From: a virus
Lineage: Duplodnaviria; Heunggongvirae; Uroviricota; Caudoviricetes
Reading direction: 5' to 3' (one strand)
IMG/VR virus record: IMGVR_UViG_2541047870_000003
DNA: 40,696 nt
Part shown: positions 39,375 through 40,696 of the stretch, piece by piece
Position numbering within the stretch: position 1 is the first letter of the stretch
Layout: each line of letters opens with the position of its first letter
Notes under the pieces: model-generated
What the model saw: only the letters and a program-made list of their open reading frames with translations
Database searches by the model: none
What the model was told of the DNA's origin: nothing
Position numbers and translations under genes: made by a program

Positions 39375-39919
39375 AAACGGGGGCCGAAGCCATCCGGGCG
39401 CTGGCCATGCAGATCCCGGCGTTTCGTCAGAAACTGAGCGATGGCTGGTATCAGGTGCGCATTGCCGGGCGTGATGCAGGCGAAAACGAATTATCAGCCC
39501 GTCTTAATGAGCCGCTGAAAAATGGTGCCGTGATCCACATCGTTCCGCGTCTTGCGGGAGCAAAAAGTGGCGGTGTGTTTCAGGCGGTGCTGGGTGCGGC
39601 GCTGATTGCGGTGGCGTGGTGGAACCCTGCAGGCTGGCTGGGAGCTGCGGCTTTATCGGGCATGTATGCTGCGGGGGCCAGTATGATCCTTGGCGGTGTG
39701 GCGCAGATGCTGGCACCGAAAGCCAGTACCGCAACAACGACCAGCACGGATAACGGTAAGCAGAACACGTATTTCTCGTCACTGGATAACATGGTTGCCC
39801 AGGGCAATGTTATGCCTGTTCTGTACGGTGAAATGCGCGTGGGATCACGTGTGGTTTCTCAGGAGATCAGCACGGCAGACGAAGGGGACGGTGGTCAGGT
39901 TGTGGTGATTGGTCGCTGA
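39272..39919 (+). CDS. I: Tail tip assembly protein I (lambda-like)
   Basis: Recalled similarity to lambda I; start codon uncertain (several in-frame Met). Confidence 0.75.
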   Translation: MAATHTLPLASPGMARICLYGDLQRFGRRIDLRVKTGAEAIRALAMQIPAFRQKLSDGWYQVRIAGRDAGENELSARLNEPLKNGAVIHIVPRLAGAKSGGVFQAVLGAALIAVAWWNPAGWLGAAALSGMYAAGASMILGGVAQMLAPKASTATTTSTDNGKQNTYFSSLDNMVAQGNVMPVLYGEMRVGSRVVSQEISTADEGDGGQVVVIGR

Positions 39920-39938
39920 GGCAAAATGTTTTATGTGA

Positions 39939-39965
39939 AACCGCCTCCGGGCGGTTTTGTCGTTT
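39939..39965 (+). terminator. Terminator-like hairpin (AACCGCC-tccg-GGCGGTT followed by TTGTCGTTT) upstream of J
   Basis: Perfect 7-bp stem plus T-rich tail. Confidence 0.4.
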
Positions 39966-39979
39966 ATGGAGCGTGAGGA

Positions 39980-40696
39980 ATGGGTAAAGGCAGCAGTAAG
40001 GGGCATACCCCGCGCGAAGCGAAGGACAACCTGAAGTCCACGCAGCTGCTGAGTGTGATCGATGCCATCAGCGAAGGGCCGGTTGAAGGTCCGGTGGATG
40101 GATTAAAAAGCGTGCTGCTGAACAGTACGCCGGTGCTGGACACTGAGGGGAATACCAACATCGCCGGTGTCACGGTGGTGTTCCGTGCCGGTGAGCAGGA
40201 GCAGACACCGCCGGAGGGGTTTGAATCCTCCGGCTCCGAGACGGTGCTGGGTACGGAAGTGAAATATGACACGCCGATCACCCGCACCATTACGTCTGCA
40301 AACATCGACCGTCTGCGCTTTACCTTCGGTGTGCAGGCACTGGTGGAAACCACCTCAAAGGGGGACCGGAATCCGTCGGAAGTTCGCCTGCTGGTTCAGA
40401 TACAGCGTAATGGTGGCTGGGTGACGGAAAAAGACATCACCATTAAGGGCAAAACCACCTCGCAGTATCTGGCCTCGGTGGTGGTGGATAACCTGCCGCC
40501 GCGCCCGTTTAATATCCGGATGCGCAGGATGACGCCGGACAGCACCACAGACCAGCTGCAGAACAAAACGCTCTGGTCGTCATACACCGAAATCATCGAT
40601 GTGAAACAGTGCTACCCGAACACGGCACTGGTCGGCGTGCAGGTGGACTCGGAGCAGTTCGGCAGCCAGCAGGTGAGCCGTAATTATCATCTTCGC
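39980..40696 (+). CDS. J: Tail tip/host specificity protein J, N-terminal 239 codons (truncated by window end)
   Basis: Hand translation MGKGSSKGHTPREAKDNLKSTQLLSVIDAISEGP... matches lambda J N-terminus as recalled; open to the window end, so absent from the complete-ORF track. Confidence 0.85.
   Translation, partial: MGKGSSKGHTPREAKDNLKSTQLLSVIDAISEGPVEGPVDGLKSVLLNSTPVLDTEGNTNIAGVTVVFRAGEQEQTPPEGFESSGSETVLGTEVKYDTPITRTITSANIDRLRFTFGVQALVETTSKGDRNPSEVRLLVQIQRNGGWVTEKDITIKGKTTSQYLASVVVDNLPPRPFNIRMRRMTPDSTTDQLQNKTLWSSYTEIIDVKQCYPNTALVGVQVDSEQFGSQQVSRNYHLR

Noticed and set aside
39964-40353. 129-aa minus-strand ORF
   Set aside because: Antisense to the J gene N-terminus, which is recognisable by its lambda-like translation.

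Overview
This window reads as most of an intact lambdoid prophage of the Rac type from an enterobacterial (E. coli-like) host, running from the integrase at the left edge to a truncated J tail-fibre gene at the right edge. Leftward early genes (int, xis, ralR, recT, recE, racC, ydaE, kilR, ydaF/G) and sieB are followed by the racR repressor with its divergent ydaS/ydaT pair and the ydaU/ydaV replication genes. A roughly 4 kb AT-rich accessory island sits between the replication and nin-like modules; then come ybcN/ybcO-like genes, a putative Q antiterminator, tRNA-Thr and tRNA-Gly, a phage-21-type lysis cassette, trkG, packaging and head genes, and lambda-like tail genes. The most interesting feature is inside the island: a translationally coupled two-gene operon on the minus strand (12662-15125) encoding a soluble protein with weak nucleoid-associated-protein-like features and a larger protein with C-terminal transmembrane helices. 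I cannot assign it to any named system and propose it as a candidate undescribed phage-defence or abortive-infection module. The island also carries a second, Q82/QuuD-like antiterminator homologue and a hok-family toxin gene. All protein identities are from reading the translations and from memory of Rac, DLP12 and lambda proteins; no database search was run, and the island's AT-richness is judged by eye, not computed.
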